From Saccharospirillum sp. (GTDB lineage Bacteria; Pseudomonadota; Gammaproteobacteria; Pseudomonadales; Natronospirillaceae): a stretch of DNA of 64,000 nt. The stretch spans positions 1,414 to 65,413 of the forward strand of contig DASSWT010000226.1 in assembly GCA_035704555.1 (NCBI GenBank), read 5' to 3'. The notes beneath the pieces are model-generated. The model was not told the origin of the DNA, ran no database searches, and saw nothing but the letters and a program-made list of their open reading frames with translations. The position numbers and the translations under genes are program-made. This document shows, piece by piece, positions 1-12,058 of the stretch (its first letter is position 1; each line of letters starts with the position of its first letter).

Positions 1-987
1 CTCTGCGCTCATCAGTAATTTCACCTGCCGATCATAGAACTCATCAACCAGATTAATGAAGCGACGAGCCTTGTCATCATTCTTGCCATGGAAAACGGGC
101 ACCTTGCTGATCAGCACTGCATGAAAACACTGGGCAATTTCGATGTAGTCATTCTGACTTCTGGGGCCGTCACACAGGGCATCGAAATCAAACCAGACGA
201 CATCTTCACACATTCTCAGCGTTTTTATACTGCGCCCCAGTACATCAAGCGGTTGCTTCTCTTCGACTTCTTCCAGGTCTGGCGCCAGTCTTTCAAAGCT
301 TGAAGCCAGGGATGCCTCGGCTTCTTCATCAGCTGGCGTATGGAAAATCTTCACCTGAGTCAGGGTACGCAATCGGTAGTCGATACCGCCATCCACGTTC
401 ATCACCCGGGTGTATTTCTTGACCAGATCGATGGCGGGCAGGAACAGGGCTCGTTGCAGGCCATCCTTGTAAAGGCCATCCGGCTCGATATTGGAAGTGG
501 CGACCAGCGTCACACCTCGCTGGAACAGCGCCCGGAGCAAATTGGCGAGTATCATGGCATCGCCAATGTCGGATACAAAAAACTCGTCAAAACACAGCAC
601 CCGGGCTTCCTGGCTTATTTCCTCCGCCACACCCTCAAGCGGATTAGCCTGCCCGCGGTGATCCTTCAACCCCTGATGAACGCGGCGCATAAAGTGGTGA
701 AAGTGCATTCGCCGCTTGTCATCAAATGGCAGAGTGTCGAAAAACGTATCCATCAGATAGGTTTTGCCACGGCCAACACCGCCCCAGAAATACAGCCCGG
801 TTACCGGTTCGTTTTGCTTGCGAAACAGGCGAGTCAGGCGTCCGGTGAGGCTGGCTTCATCGGCGCGCTGGGCAATCAATTGGTCGTAAAGTTGCTGCAA
901 TGCCTTGACGGCTTCCTCCTGAGCCGGATCATGGGAGAAACCTTCTTTACTAAGGTCGGCCTGATAACGTGTCCAGGGTGTAGTCAT
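1..987 (-). CDS. zapE: Cell division ATPase ZapE / AFG1 family, running off the window start (partial)
   Basis: Manual translation from ATG at 987 gives MTTPWTRYQADLSKEGFSHDPAQEEAVKALQQLYDQLI, typical of the AFG1/ZapE N-terminus. It is missing from the ORF track, consistent with its stop lying outside the window. It is divergent from yhcB, the usual arrangement. Confidence 0.85.
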   Translation of the reverse strand, partial: MTTPWTRYQADLSKEGFSHDPAQEEAVKALQQLYDQLIAQRADEASLTGRLTRLFRKQNEPVTGLYFWGGVGRGKTYLMDTFFDTLPFDDKRRMHFHHFMRRVHQGLKDHRGQANPLEGVAEEISQEARVLCFDEFFVSDIGDAMILANLLRALFQRGVTLVATSNIEPDGLYKDGLQRALFLPAIDLVKKYTRVMNVDGGIDYRLRTLTQVKIFHTPADEEAEASLASSFERLAPDLEEVEEKQPLDVLGRSIKTLRMCEDVVWFDFDALCDGPRSQNDYIEIAQCFHAVLISKVPVFHGKNDDKARRFINLVDEFYDRQVKLLMSAE

Positions 988-1173
988 CCGGTGCTCCGGG
1001 CAGGGTATGGAGGGGTCGAAATTTTACGGGAACCATTGTCACAATCAATGACTGACAGGCACAAATGTTTCTCATACCACGCCTTTTTAAAGGCTTTATA
1101 CTGATATCACTGTCCGTCAGGGCAGAACGACGGGCACCTTGCTTCATCTATACTGTGTCTGAGTAGAAGCTTA

Positions 1174-1692
1174 ATGGAGAACACAATGCTGCAACTGGAC
1201 TGGATTACTCTCATCGTCATCATCGTCATAGCGCTGCTCGCCGGAGCCGTGCTAAGCCGATTGTGGAGCAAGGCGCAAGGAGAAGATTCAAGCGGCCTGA
1301 AGCGTCAGCTGGAGGAATTGAAGCGTCAGCATCAGAACTATCAGATCAACGTAACCGAGCATTTCAACCGCACCACCGAGCTGATTGACAACCTGAACCA
1401 GAGCTACGCCAGCATCCGGGATCACCTGAATCAGGGTGCCGACCAGTTGGTGGCCCCTGAATATCGCCTGGAATCGGCCCGCGCCGGCGGCGAAGACCTC
1501 CAGGATCTGGCCCCGCAGCCCGCCAAAAACACCGATGAGTTTGACATGCCCCGGGATTACGCCACCAAAACCCCGAAAGACGTTGGCATGCTGTCTGAAT
1601 CCTTCGGGTTCTCACGAGTAGAAGAAAGCACTGCGACGCCGGACCCCGACTCTGAGCCGAAGAAGGGAACGGCTTCGAAAAAGTCGCGATAG
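1174..1692 (+). CDS. yhcB: YhcB/ZapG (DUF1043) inner-membrane protein
   Basis: N-terminal TM helix, then a coiled coil with the V..HF..T..L...L...Y..I..HL..GA..L pattern. Divergent from zapE. Confidence 0.8.
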   Translation: MENTMLQLDWITLIVIIVIALLAGAVLSRLWSKAQGEDSSGLKRQLEELKRQHQNYQINVTEHFNRTTELIDNLNQSYASIRDHLNQGADQLVAPEYRLESARAGGEDLQDLAPQPAKNTDEFDMPRDYATKTPKDVGMLSESFGFSRVEESTATPDPDSEPKKGTASKKSR

Positions 1693-1727
1693 GTCTATTC
1701 CTAAACGATCTTAAAAGCCTGATAACA

Positions 1728-1750
1728 ATAACAAAAAGCTTTGTTATAGT
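1728..1750 (+). promoter_or_regulatory. AT-rich palindrome ATAACAAA-N4-TTTGTTAT overlapping an extended -10 (TGnTATAGT) upstream of cysD
   Basis: The palindrome is at 1728-1747 and TATAGT at 1745-1750. Confidence 0.4.
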
Positions 1751-1781
1751 TCGTCCAGATCACTTCTGTACTGGACGAACT

Positions 1782-2690
1782 ATGTCACACGACGTATTTA
1801 CCCATCTCAAACAGCTTGAAGCCGAGAGCATTCACATCATTCGTGAAGTAGCAGCCGAGTTCGATAACCCGGTCATGCTCTACTCCATCGGTAAAGACTC
1901 TGCGGTCATGCTGCACCTGGCCCGCAAAGCCTTCTTCCCCGGACGCCTGCCATTCAAGCTGATGCATGTTGATACTGGCTGGAAGTTCAAGGAAATGTAT
2001 GAATTCCGGGACCGGCTGGTAAAAGAGTATGAGCTCGACCTGATCGTCCATCGCAATGAAGACGGCGTGCGTCAGGGCATTAATCCGTTTGATCACGGCA
2101 GTGCCAAACACACCGATATCATGAAGACTCAGGCGCTCAAGCAAGCTCTGGATCTGCACCGCTTTGACGCGGCTTTCGGCGGCGCCCGGCGTGATGAGGA
2201 AAAATCCCGGGCCAAAGAGCGGGTCTACTCCTTTCGCGACCGCAACCACCGCTGGGACCCTAAGAACCAGCGGCCGGAGCTGTGGAACATCTACAACGGC
2301 AAGATCAACCGGGGGGAGAGCATCCGGGTATTTCCGCTGTCCAACTGGACTGAGCTGGATATCTGGCAGTACATCCACCTGGAGTCGATCCCCATCGTCC
2401 CGCTGTACTACTCGGCCGAACGCCCGGTGGTGGAGCGCGATGGCATGCTGCTGAACGTCAACGACGAGCGCATGAAACTGCGCCCCGGCGAAGAAGTTCA
2501 GCATAAGCAGGTGCGTTTCAGAACGCTGGGCTGCTACCCGCTGACCGGGGCCGTTGAGTCGACGGCCACCACACTGCCCGAGATTATTCAGGAAATGTTG
2601 CTGACCACCACCAGCGAACGTCAGGGCCGTGCCATCGACCACGATTCATCGGGTTCCATGGAGAAGAAAAAGCAGGAAGGCTATTTCTGA
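1782..2690 (+). CDS. cysD: Sulfate adenylyltransferase subunit 2
   Basis: Motifs [24 protein letters not shown] and [13 protein letters not shown]. Confidence 0.97.
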   Translation: MSHDVFTHLKQLEAESIHIIREVAAEFDNPVMLYSIGKDSAVMLHLARKAFFPGRLPFKLMHVDTGWKFKEMYEFRDRLVKEYELDLIVHRNEDGVRQGINPFDHGSAKHTDIMKTQALKQALDLHRFDAAFGGARRDEEKSRAKERVYSFRDRNHRWDPKNQRPELWNIYNGKINRGESIRVFPLSNWTELDIWQYIHLESIPIVPLYYSAERPVVERDGMLLNVNDERMKLRPGEEVQHKQVRFRTLGCYPLTGAVESTATTLPEIIQEMLLTTTSERQGRAIDHDSSGSMEKKKQEGYF

Positions 2691-2769
2691 TTCAAACGGC
2701 AAACCCCCGAACGATTTCCGTTGAGCGCCGGCAGGCATCACCGACGCACAGTATGAGGAAGCAAGACCC

Positions 2770-4389
2770 ATGGCACACCAGTCCGATTTGATTGCTCAAG
2801 ACATTGATGAGTATCTGAAACAACACGAACAGAAAGAACTGCTGCGTTTTCTGACCTGCGGCAGTGTCGACGATGGCAAGTCCACCCTGATCGGGCGGCT
2901 GCTGCACGACTCGAAGATGATCTACGAAGATCAGTTGGCGGCGATCGAGAAAGACAGCCGCAAATCCGGCACCACCGGTGAAAAGATTGACCTGGCCCTG
3001 CTGGTAGACGGCCTGCAGGCGGAGCGCGAGCAAGGCATCACCATTGATGTCGCCTACCGCTATTTCTCAACCAACAAGCGCAAATTCATCATTGCCGACA
3101 CCCCGGGGCACGAGCAGTACACCCGGAACATGGCCACCGGTGCCTCCACCAGTGACCTGGCGATCATCCTGATCGATGCGCGCTACGGCGTACAAACACA
3201 AACCCGCCGGCACAGCTACATTGCCAGCCTGCTGGGTCTGAAACACGTGATCGTGGCCGTCAACAAGATGGACCTGGTGGATTTCAGCCAGGAACGCTAC
3301 GAGGAAATTCAGGCAGACTACCTGACGTTTACCGAGCAGCTGAACCTGCCCGATATTCGTTTTGTGCCCATATCGGCACTCGACGGTGACAATGTGGTCA
3401 CGCTGAGCGAGCGCTCTAGCTGGTACGCCGGCCCGACACTGATCGAACTGCTCGAAACGCTCGAGATCAATCGCGACAGCGACCAGAGCCAGTTCCGGTT
3501 ACCGGTGCAGTACGTGAACAGGCCCGACCTCAATTTTCGCGGCTTTGCCGGTACCATTGCCTCGGGTGAGATCAAACCCGGTGACCGCATCAGCGTGCTG
3601 CCCAGCGGCCTGTCATCAACCGTTGAACGCATCGTAACTTTTGACGGCGACCTTGACCGCGCGCATGCCGGCCAGGCAGTGACACTGACGCTGACCGACG
3701 AAATTGATATCAGCCGCGGCGATATGCTGGTGGGGGCAAATCAGTCACCTCTTGTTGCCCAGGCCTTTCAGGCCAAACTGGTGTGGATGCACGACGACGC
3801 CATGGTGCCCGGTCGACAGTATGATTTTAAAGTCGGCGCCCAGACCGCCACCGGCCAGTTTACCCGGCTAGATCGTCAGATCGATGTGAACAGTCTGAAT
3901 ACAATCTCGACAGACACCCTGCCACTGAACGGCATTGGCGACGTCAGACTGCAATTGAACAAAACCATCGTCGCCGACCCCTATCGCAGTCATCGGGCGA
4001 CAGGTGCTTTCATTGTGATCGACCGGCTGAGCAACATAACCGTCGGTGCCGGTATGATCGAAAGCGCGGCTGACGTTTCAGATGCTCACCCGGTCAGTGA
4101 AACGGAACGCCGGGCACGCTACCGCCAGCAACCGGTCTCACTGGTCCTGGCGGTCGACAATGCGGCCGAGCAAGCGGTTAAGATCGAGCGTGCCCTGTTC
4201 GACCTGGGCCACGTCAGTGCGATTATCCGCCCCGAGGATGCGCTGGCTGTAGCGCCTTATCTGGAAGCGGCCGGGTTAATCGCCATCATCGCTGGCGAAT
4301 CGGACGCGCCCTTTGGCATCAAGATCAAAGATGCCAACCCGAGGGCAGTGATTGCGTTATTGCGCGAGGAAGGCGTGATCGAAGACTGA
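2770..4389 (+). CDS. cysN: Sulfate adenylyltransferase subunit 1 (GTPase) with a degenerate C-terminal extension
   Basis: Motifs [31 protein letters not shown] and NKMD. Confidence 0.96.
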   Translation: MAHQSDLIAQDIDEYLKQHEQKELLRFLTCGSVDDGKSTLIGRLLHDSKMIYEDQLAAIEKDSRKSGTTGEKIDLALLVDGLQAEREQGITIDVAYRYFSTNKRKFIIADTPGHEQYTRNMATGASTSDLAIILIDARYGVQTQTRRHSYIASLLGLKHVIVAVNKMDLVDFSQERYEEIQADYLTFTEQLNLPDIRFVPISALDGDNVVTLSERSSWYAGPTLIELLETLEINRDSDQSQFRLPVQYVNRPDLNFRGFAGTIASGEIKPGDRISVLPSGLSSTVERIVTFDGDLDRAHAGQAVTLTLTDEIDISRGDMLVGANQSPLVAQAFQAKLVWMHDDAMVPGRQYDFKVGAQTATGQFTRLDRQIDVNSLNTISTDTLPLNGIGDVRLQLNKTIVADPYRSHRATGAFIVIDRLSNITVGAGMIESAADVSDAHPVSETERRARYRQQPVSLVLAVDNAAEQAVKIERALFDLGHVSAIIRPEDALAVAPYLEAAGLIAIIAGESDAPFGIKIKDANPRAVIALLREEGVIED

Positions 4390-4396
4390 AGCGTGC

Positions 4397-4427
4397 GGGA
4401 GGTTGCCGGGTTTTACCGGCACCTCCC
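4397..4427. terminator. Hairpin between convergent cysN and nif3 genes
   Basis: GGGAGGTTGCCGG / CCGGCACCTCCC stem with one bulge. Confidence 0.5.
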
Positions 4428-4442
4428 ACATTCACGGTTTCG

Positions 4443-5225
4443 TTAAACCGGGATGGGCAGATCGATGAATTCCACCGAAAGCCCAAAGCGTTGTGCCAGA
4501 TGCACCCCCAGGGCAGCAGGTCCGCCCCGCTCGGTCGCATGGTGCCCTGCCGAAAAATAATGGACACCGCTCTCACGGGCCAGATGCACCGTCGGCTCGC
4601 TGATTTCGCCGGACACAAAGGCGTCTACCCCGGCATCAATCGCCTGTTGCAAAAACCCCTGTGCCGCCCCGGTACACCAGGCGATGGTTTCAATCGGGTC
4701 TTCCGATTCACCAATGTGCAGCACATCATATTCCAGCGCTTCGGCCAGTTGCTGACGCAGACTCGCGCCAGTGTGCTCGCCGTCGACCTCACCCAGCATC
4801 ACCAGGCTGTTATCGATCTGACCGGTGACATTCCACCCCATCAAACGGGCCAACTGAGCGTTATTGCCCACCTCCGGATGGGCATCCAGCGGTAAATGGT
4901 AAGCATAGAGATTGATGTTGTTTGCCAGCAAGGCTGCCAACCGGTTGCGTTTGATGCCGGTCAGCGCCGCAGGCTCCCCTTTCCAGAAGTAGCCGTGGTG
5001 GACCAGAATGGCATCGGCCTGACGATCAATGGCTTCGTCGATCAGGCGCTGGCTGGCGGTCACGCCGGTTACCAGACGACGGATGTCGGTCTTACCCTCG
5101 ACTTGCAGGCCATTGGGGCAATAGTCGCTGAACTGAGGCACGGCCAGATAATCCTTCAGGTAGTCAGTCAGTTCGTCTCGGTGCAAGGTCATCTCGATCA
5201 ACTCTGCCGGGTAATAAACGGACAC
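4443..5225 (-). CDS. ybgI: Nif3-like dinuclear metal-centre hexameric protein (YbgI family); true start probably at MTLHRDEL
   Basis: Motifs DYCPNGLQVEG, HHGYFW, YHLPLDAHPEVGNN and AGHHATE. Confidence 0.92.
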   Translation of the reverse strand: MSVYYPAELIEMTLHRDELTDYLKDYLAVPQFSDYCPNGLQVEGKTDIRRLVTGVTASQRLIDEAIDRQADAILVHHGYFWKGEPAALTGIKRNRLAALLANNINLYAYHLPLDAHPEVGNNAQLARLMGWNVTGQIDNSLVMLGEVDGEHTGASLRQQLAEALEYDVLHIGESEDPIETIAWCTGAAQGFLQQAIDAGVDAFVSGEISEPTVHLARESGVHYFSAGHHATERGGPAALGVHLAQRFGLSVEFIDLPIPV

Positions 5226-5244
5226 TCAGTGTACACCAATTCGA

Positions 5245-7056
5245 TCAATTCTCAGACCGGGCCCAGAGCACGATTGATTCGGCCGCCAGCGATAAGGTCC
5301 AGCCCAGATCATGGCGATTCAGGTCGCCATTCCCTGCCTGAAGTTGCCAGTCTGACGACAGGGGTAATAGCGAATCATCAACCTCAATGTCGCAAGCCTT
5401 GCCTCTATTGACAGCAACCAGGCACTGGGCATGCTCCAGAACCCGGGCAAACACCATGACCTCACCGGCAGCATAAAGTGGCACCAGAGCACCGGTTTGC
5501 AGGGCGGGCAATTGTTTGCGCAGCCGGATCCAGGTTTGGGTAAACGCCAGAGTGTCAGCCTGCCATTCGCTTTCATCCCAGGGAAAGCAGCGCCGGCAAT
5601 CCGGGTCATCGCCACCCGGCAGCCCGATTTCATTGCCGTAATAGAGACAGGGCGTTCCGATGTAGGTGAGCAGCAGCCCGAGCGCTATCCGGTACCGTGG
5701 CTGATGACCGTTCAGCAGCGTGATAAAGCGACGCGTGTCGTGGCTATCGAGCTGGTTCAATTGCGCCAGTTGCTGGGCAAAGGGAAGGCGGGACCGGGCG
5801 CGGGTCAGCCATTGTTCAAGCTCCCGGGCATCCAGTTGCACCGGATCATAACGGTTGTCGCAGCCGGCCAGAAAAGCACGCACCGGGTGGGTAAAACCGT
5901 AGTAATTCATCGCCCCGTCTTCCTGGTCGCCTTGCAACCAGGAGGTGGCTTCAAAAAAATGCTCGCCCAGCAGATAGGCCTCGGGGTTCTCCGACTTGAT
6001 CGCCTGGCGAACAGTGCGCACCGTGTCGGCGTTATTGGCGGCACCCGGCCCGTGTCCCATCATATGGATCACATCCATACGCCAGCCGTCGATGGCATAG
6101 GGAGGGCGCAGCCAGTGCTTGATGACGGCCGAGTCACCGGTCAGCAGGTCATGCTGGTTGGGTAGATGGGCCATATCCAGCACCGGCAAACTGGAATGCC
6201 CTTTCCAACTGATGTAATCCGTCGGCTGGTCTCCGGTGAAAACATAGCGGGCGCGGGCGCCGGGTTCATTCTGTTGCGCCGCTTCAAACCAGGGGTGAAA
6301 CACACTGGTGTGGTTGAATACCGCATCCAGTACCAGCCGCATACCCCGCTGATGAAGCTGTGCAGACAAATCGGCCAGAGCCGCATCACCCCCCAGATGG
6401 GCGTCAACGGCACCATAATCCTGAGTGTCGTATTTGTGATTGCTGCGTGAACTGAACACCGGGTTCAGATACAGGGCAGTAACGCCCAGGGTCTGCTGCA
6501 GGTAATCCAGTTTCTGCACAATACCCGGCAGGTCGCCACCAAAAAATTCGATCCCACCCTGCTCTGCCCTGGGTAGCTCGCCCCAGGTGCGACGAACCGT
6601 GGCCTGGCCGTCCAGGTAGGCATACTGATCGGTTTGGGGGGTCAGCTGGTCATCACCACAATGAAACCGATCTGGAAATATCTGATAAAACACCTGCGCC
6701 GATACCCAGCCCGGCACCGGGTGATGCCGCGATACGCGAAAAGCGTCAGTCAGCGGTGGCATCGCGGTACTCAACCCGGCAGCACCAAGCCAACAGGAAC
6801 GATCCGGCCAGACCAGCTTGAATGCATACAGCGTGGCATCCTGATGCCCGGCCCAGTTACTCTCAGCCCGGTACCAGGTCCAGCCCCCCTCAGTGCGCAC
6901 GGCACTCATGGTGCACAGCAGCTCCTCGTTGTCTGGCTCGGTGCGCAAATAGACAGCGGCTGGCTGGTCACCCTTTACCGCCAGGGTTACGTTCAGAGTG
7001 GCCCCGGAACGGTCAAGATAACCCGGAATGGCCTGGTGAAACGCGAAAACGGTCAT
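5245..7056 (-). CDS. malZ: Maltodextrin glucosidase (GH13)
   Basis: Motifs FYQIFPDRF, HKYDTQDY, DAVFNH, DGWRMDV, GEHF and SHD. ATG at 7056 gives about 603 aa; the ORF track extends further upstream. Confidence 0.88.
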   Translation of the reverse strand: MTVFAFHQAIPGYLDRSGATLNVTLAVKGDQPAAVYLRTEPDNEELLCTMSAVRTEGGWTWYRAESNWAGHQDATLYAFKLVWPDRSCWLGAAGLSTAMPPLTDAFRVSRHHPVPGWVSAQVFYQIFPDRFHCGDDQLTPQTDQYAYLDGQATVRRTWGELPRAEQGGIEFFGGDLPGIVQKLDYLQQTLGVTALYLNPVFSSRSNHKYDTQDYGAVDAHLGGDAALADLSAQLHQRGMRLVLDAVFNHTSVFHPWFEAAQQNEPGARARYVFTGDQPTDYISWKGHSSLPVLDMAHLPNQHDLLTGDSAVIKHWLRPPYAIDGWRMDVIHMMGHGPGAANNADTVRTVRQAIKSENPEAYLLGEHFFEATSWLQGDQEDGAMNYYGFTHPVRAFLAGCDNRYDPVQLDARELEQWLTRARSRLPFAQQLAQLNQLDSHDTRRFITLLNGHQPRYRIALGLLLTYIGTPCLYYGNEIGLPGGDDPDCRRCFPWDESEWQADTLAFTQTWIRLRKQLPALQTGALVPLYAAGEVMVFARVLEHAQCLVAVNRGKACDIEVDDSLLPLSSDWQLQAGNGDLNRHDLGWTLSLAAESIVLWARSEN

Positions 7057-7144
7057 GAAAACGGCATCCTCATACTTCAATCGGGACATTAGACCAGAGA
7101 GCCTGCAAAAAGCGCAGAGGGAAAAACCTGAAGGGAGGAAATGA

Positions 7145-7164
7145 CGCCGGGTCGAACCCCGGCG
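7145..7164 (-). terminator. Hairpin just downstream of hisC
   Basis: CGCCGGG-6nt-CCCGGCG stem with only a weak T-tract. Confidence 0.4.
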
Positions 7165-7177
7165 CAATAAAGACGGC

Positions 7178-8281
7178 TCAGGCGGTCAGCAGGTGCTGCT
7201 CCAAGGCCGTTAACATTCGCCGATTTTCCGCGTCAAAAGACACAGTAATACGCACGCAATCGGCCAGCAGTGGATGACTGCCATCCAGTTTCTTGATCAG
7301 AATGCCGGCGTCTTTCAACGCAGCGTGCAACGCTGCAGCGCGACCGGGCTCGGTACGCACCAGCAAAAAGTTGGCCTGGCTGTCGTAAACCGTCAGCCCT
7401 GGCAGCTTCGCCAGCTGTTGCTGCAAGACACTGCGCTGACGCGTCAGTTCAGCAGTCTGCTGTTCGAAAACGTCAAAATGATCCAACGCAAAACGCGCCG
7501 ATATTTGCGTCAGATTATTGATGTTATAGGGCAAGCGCAGCTTGTTGATTTGCTCAAGCCAGGCTGGATCGCCAATCAGAATGCCAAGCCGTAGCCCGGC
7601 CAACCCAACCTTGGAGAGGGTGCGCATGATCAGCAGGTTTGGGTAATCGTCGAGCCAGTTCAGATAATCCGCATCGGTAAAGGCGGTGTAGGCTTCATCC
7701 ATCACCACCAGGCCGGGGGCCGCTTCAATAATACGGCGCAGCTTTTCATCCCCCCAGAGGTTACCAGTCGGGTTATTCGGCTGGGCCAGAAACACAACGG
7801 CAGGCTGTTCCGTTTCAATGCGGCTGAGCATGAGTTCAAGGTCCAGCTCAAAGGCGGCGGTCAGCGGCACGCCAACATAGTCCATACCCAGAAAACGCGT
7901 AATCATCCGGTACATGACAAAGCTGGGCTCTGGCGCCAGCACGGTGCGATCCGCCCCGGAGACCGCCATGGCGATCAACTGAATCAGTTCGTCGGAGCCG
8001 TTACCAAGCAGAATATCCCAGCGCGGATCGATCTTCATCACCGTGCGCAACCCGGCTTTAACCTCGGGCGCATCCGGATGCGGGTAGCGGTTGATATGCG
8101 CATCCGCCAGGGCGTCATGCCATGGCGCAGTCAGCGCCTGCGGCCAGCCATAGGGGTTTTCCATGGCATCCAGTTTCAACATACCGGTCGAATCCGGCAC
8201 CGGGTAGGCTGCCAGACTGGCTATGTCGGGGCGAATCCAGCGATGAATCTGAGCATCTACCTGATCACGCACATCAGTCAT
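7178..8281 (-). CDS. hisC: Histidinol-phosphate aminotransferase
   Basis: Motifs [25 protein letters not shown] and [14 protein letters not shown]. Confidence 0.95.
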   Translation of the reverse strand: MTDVRDQVDAQIHRWIRPDIASLAAYPVPDSTGMLKLDAMENPYGWPQALTAPWHDALADAHINRYPHPDAPEVKAGLRTVMKIDPRWDILLGNGSDELIQLIAMAVSGADRTVLAPEPSFVMYRMITRFLGMDYVGVPLTAAFELDLELMLSRIETEQPAVVFLAQPNNPTGNLWGDEKLRRIIEAAPGLVVMDEAYTAFTDADYLNWLDDYPNLLIMRTLSKVGLAGLRLGILIGDPAWLEQINKLRLPYNINNLTQISARFALDHFDVFEQQTAELTRQRSVLQQQLAKLPGLTVYDSQANFLLVRTEPGRAAALHAALKDAGILIKKLDGSHPLLADCVRITVSFDAENRRMLTALEQHLLTA

Positions 8282-9581
8282 TCAAACGCTTCTCCGCACT
8301 GCGGGCGTGAGCGGTCAGCAACTCGCCGCGCGCCAGCACCGAGGCAACTGCACCCAGGGTTTGGGCACCCTCGGGCGAGACGCCAATGATGGAACTGCGT
8401 TTTTGAAAATCGTAAACACCCAGGGGTGAAAAGAACCGCGCCGTACCGCTGGTCGGCAATACATGATTTGGGCCGGCACAGTAGTCACCCAGCGCTTCTG
8501 GCGTGTGGCGGCCAAGAAAAATGGCGCCGGCGTGGCGTATACGGGGCAGCCAGGCCTTGGGGTCTTCAATAGACAGTTCCAGGTGTTCGGGCGCGATGTG
8601 ATTGATCAGTTCGATGGCGTCGTCCAGCGCATCAACTTTGATGAAAGCACCGCGCGCGTTCAGCGACTCGCGAATGATATCGGCCCGCTCCAGCGTCGGT
8701 AGCAGCCGCTGAATCGCCGCCTCGACCGCGTCGAGATAGTCCGCATCCTGGCTAATCAGAATGGCCTGGGCATCCGGGTCGTGTTCGGCCTGGGAGAACA
8801 GATCGAGTGCGATCCACTCGGGGTCGGTTTTGCCATCGCACACCACCAGAATTTCACTGGGGCCGGCAATCATATCGATACCCACTTTGCCGAATACCTG
8901 CTTCTTGGCGGTGGCAACAAAAATATTTCCCGGGCCGACAATTTTATCGACGGCGGGAACGGTGTCGGTGCCATAGGCCAGCGCAGCAATCGCCTGAGCG
9001 CCACCCATCAAAAATACCCGGTCTATTTTGGCAACGTGCGCCGCACCCAAAACAAAGTCATTAACCTGACCATCAGGTGCGGGCGTGGCCATCACCACTT
9101 CCCGGACACCAGCCACTTTGGCCGGCATGGCATTCATGATCACCGATGACGCCAGTGGCGCTGTTCCGCCCGGCACGTAAATGCCGACACGATCCATCGC
9201 CGTGACCTGCTGGCCGAGCATGGTGCCATCCGCTTCGGTATAGCTCCAGCTCTCACTGAGCTGACGCTGGTGATAGGTTTCTACCCGCTCGGCAGCGATG
9301 TTGAGCGCTTGCTGTTGCTCGGCTGGCAACCGGTTGTAACCGGCTTCAATCGCGGCTTTGTCCAGTACCAGGTCCGCAGCATTAGAAACATCAAAGCGGT
9401 CGAACTGGCGTGAATACTCCAGCAGCGCCTCGTCACCCCGATGTCGGATTTGATCGATCACTTTGGCGACGGTTTGCTGCACGTCGGCGTCTGAAACAGA
9501 CTCCCACGACAACAAGGCATCCAGTTGCTGGTTAAACTGACCGGCAGACGCCTCCAGGCGCCGTAAGGTGATCTCGGACAT
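8274..9581 (-). CDS. hisD: Histidinol dehydrogenase
   Basis: Motifs [28 protein letters not shown] and [13 protein letters not shown]. Confidence 0.97.
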   Translation of the reverse strand: MSEITLRRLEASAGQFNQQLDALLSWESVSDADVQQTVAKVIDQIRHRGDEALLEYSRQFDRFDVSNAADLVLDKAAIEAGYNRLPAEQQQALNIAAERVETYHQRQLSESWSYTEADGTMLGQQVTAMDRVGIYVPGGTAPLASSVIMNAMPAKVAGVREVVMATPAPDGQVNDFVLGAAHVAKIDRVFLMGGAQAIAALAYGTDTVPAVDKIVGPGNIFVATAKKQVFGKVGIDMIAGPSEILVVCDGKTDPEWIALDLFSQAEHDPDAQAILISQDADYLDAVEAAIQRLLPTLERADIIRESLNARGAFIKVDALDDAIELINHIAPEHLELSIEDPKAWLPRIRHAGAIFLGRHTPEALGDYCAGPNHVLPTSGTARFFSPLGVYDFQKRSSIIGVSPEGAQTLGAVASVLARGELLTAHARSAEKRLND

Positions 9582-9655
9582 GCGGTTAACGCCTCTGTAA
9601 GTTTTACCGACTCGGCTATCCCGCTGCGCACAGGCGGCAGCGGTTGCCCTGATGA

Positions 9656-10324
9656 TCAGGGCCTGGCTGTCGTCTTTTGCACGGCGCCAGCCAAGGTTTC
9701 AATGATGGGGTTGATGCGATCATCTTTCAATTTAAGCGCCAGGCGGCTGGCCACCAGACGACTGCTGATATCGGCAATATGCTCTTCAACCACCAGACCA
9801 TTGGCTTTCAAAGTGTTGCCGGTATCGACAATATCGACAATGCAATCGGCCAGCTTCATGATCGGGGCCAGCTCCATACCGCCGTAAAGCTTGATCAGAT
9901 CAACCTGGCGGCCCTGCTCTGAAAAGTACTGCTTGGCTACCCGCACAAACTTGGTCGCCACCTTCATTCGGCCGGTGACCTCAGGGGCATCCTTCAGGCG
10001 TGCAGTCATCAGCCGGCAACGCGCAATGTGCAGATCCAGCACCTCGTACATTTCTTCAGCACCATGCTCCATCAGCACATCCTTACCCGCCACGCCCAGA
10101 TCAGCCACGCCGTATTCCACATAGGTGGGCACATCGGTAGCGCGAATAACGATAAACTGAACATCGGGCCGGGAGGTTTCGAAAATCAGCTTGCGTGAGG
10201 TATGAATGTCCTCGAGCGGCTCGATACCGGCGGCTGCGAATAACGGCAGGGTTTCCTTGAGAATGCGCCCCTTGGACAGGGCGATGGTAATGATATCCGA
10301 CGGAGACGATTGACGGTTTTGCAC
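9656..10324 (-). CDS. hisG: ATP phosphoribosyltransferase, short form
   Basis: Motifs [21 protein letters not shown] and [14 protein letters not shown]. There is no C-terminal ACT domain. Confidence 0.95.
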   Translation of the reverse strand: MQNRQSSPSDIITIALSKGRILKETLPLFAAAGIEPLEDIHTSRKLIFETSRPDVQFIVIRATDVPTYVEYGVADLGVAGKDVLMEHGAEEMYEVLDLHIARCRLMTARLKDAPEVTGRMKVATKFVRVAKQYFSEQGRQVDLIKLYGGMELAPIMKLADCIVDIVDTGNTLKANGLVVEEHIADISSRLVASRLALKLKDDRINPIIETLAGAVQKTTARP

Positions 10325-10411
10325 TGCGTTGTCCTGTTTTTGGATCCCGGTTCTCGGCGTCAGAGCCGACAGCCGAAAGCAACGGCTGCGGGCTCTGCTG
10401 GGACAGGCGGT

Positions 10412-11677
<1,266 letters not shown>

Positions 11678-11920
11678 TCACTTCTCCTGGTCGGACCATT
11701 CTTCCGGGGTATACAGCGCCATGGACACTGCGTGAATGTCGCCCGAAGTGATTTTCTCATTCAACACCCCATAGACCAGCTGCTGGCGCTGGACCGGACG
11801 CTTGCCGGAAAACACCTCGGCGATGATCCGAACCGTAAATTTGGCACCGCCCCCGTCAACATCGACGGTTGCGCCGGGAAAAGCAGCGGCGAGCAAGGCC
11901 TTAACTTCGTCTGCGGACAT
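11678..11920 (-). CDS. ibaG: BolA/IbaG family protein
   Basis: Motifs F.G...VQRQQLVY and IHAVSM. It lies directly upstream of murA. Confidence 0.9.
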   Translation of the reverse strand: MSADEVKALLAAAFPGATVDVDGGGAKFTVRIIAEVFSGKRPVQRQQLVYGVLNEKITSGDIHAVSMALYTPEEWSDQEK

Positions 11921-11962
11921 GGGTACTTCCTGCTGTCTGGGAATGAATGTAAAGGGGCGGGG

Positions 11963-11991
11963 ATTATACGGAAAACGCAGCCAAATCGAAA
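11963..11991 (-). promoter_or_regulatory. Putative sigma70 promoter for ibaG-murA-his
   Basis: Perfect TATAAT (11968-11963) followed by a GC-rich discriminator CCCCGCCCC. The -35 (TTTCGA, 17 nt upstream) is weak. Confidence 0.5.
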
Positions 11992-12058
11992 TGATCCGGC
12001 GCGCAAAACAGGGGCCGGTCCGTCAGACCGACCCTAGGGAGCCTGTTGAATTCAGGGC

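Noticed and set aside
340-1104. 254-aa plus-strand ORF and many other long antisense ORFs in the track (e.g. 1785-2642, 23729-24655, 51139-52149, 56072-57052)
   Set aside because: They lie opposite well-supported genes, have no recognisable motifs, and are expected shadows of GC-rich codon usage.
7090-7170. tRNA T-arm-like GGTTCGACCC and a glycine-riboswitch-like purine tract upstream of malZ
   Set aside because: There is no cloverleaf or aptamer core. It is explained as a simple hairpin after hisC.
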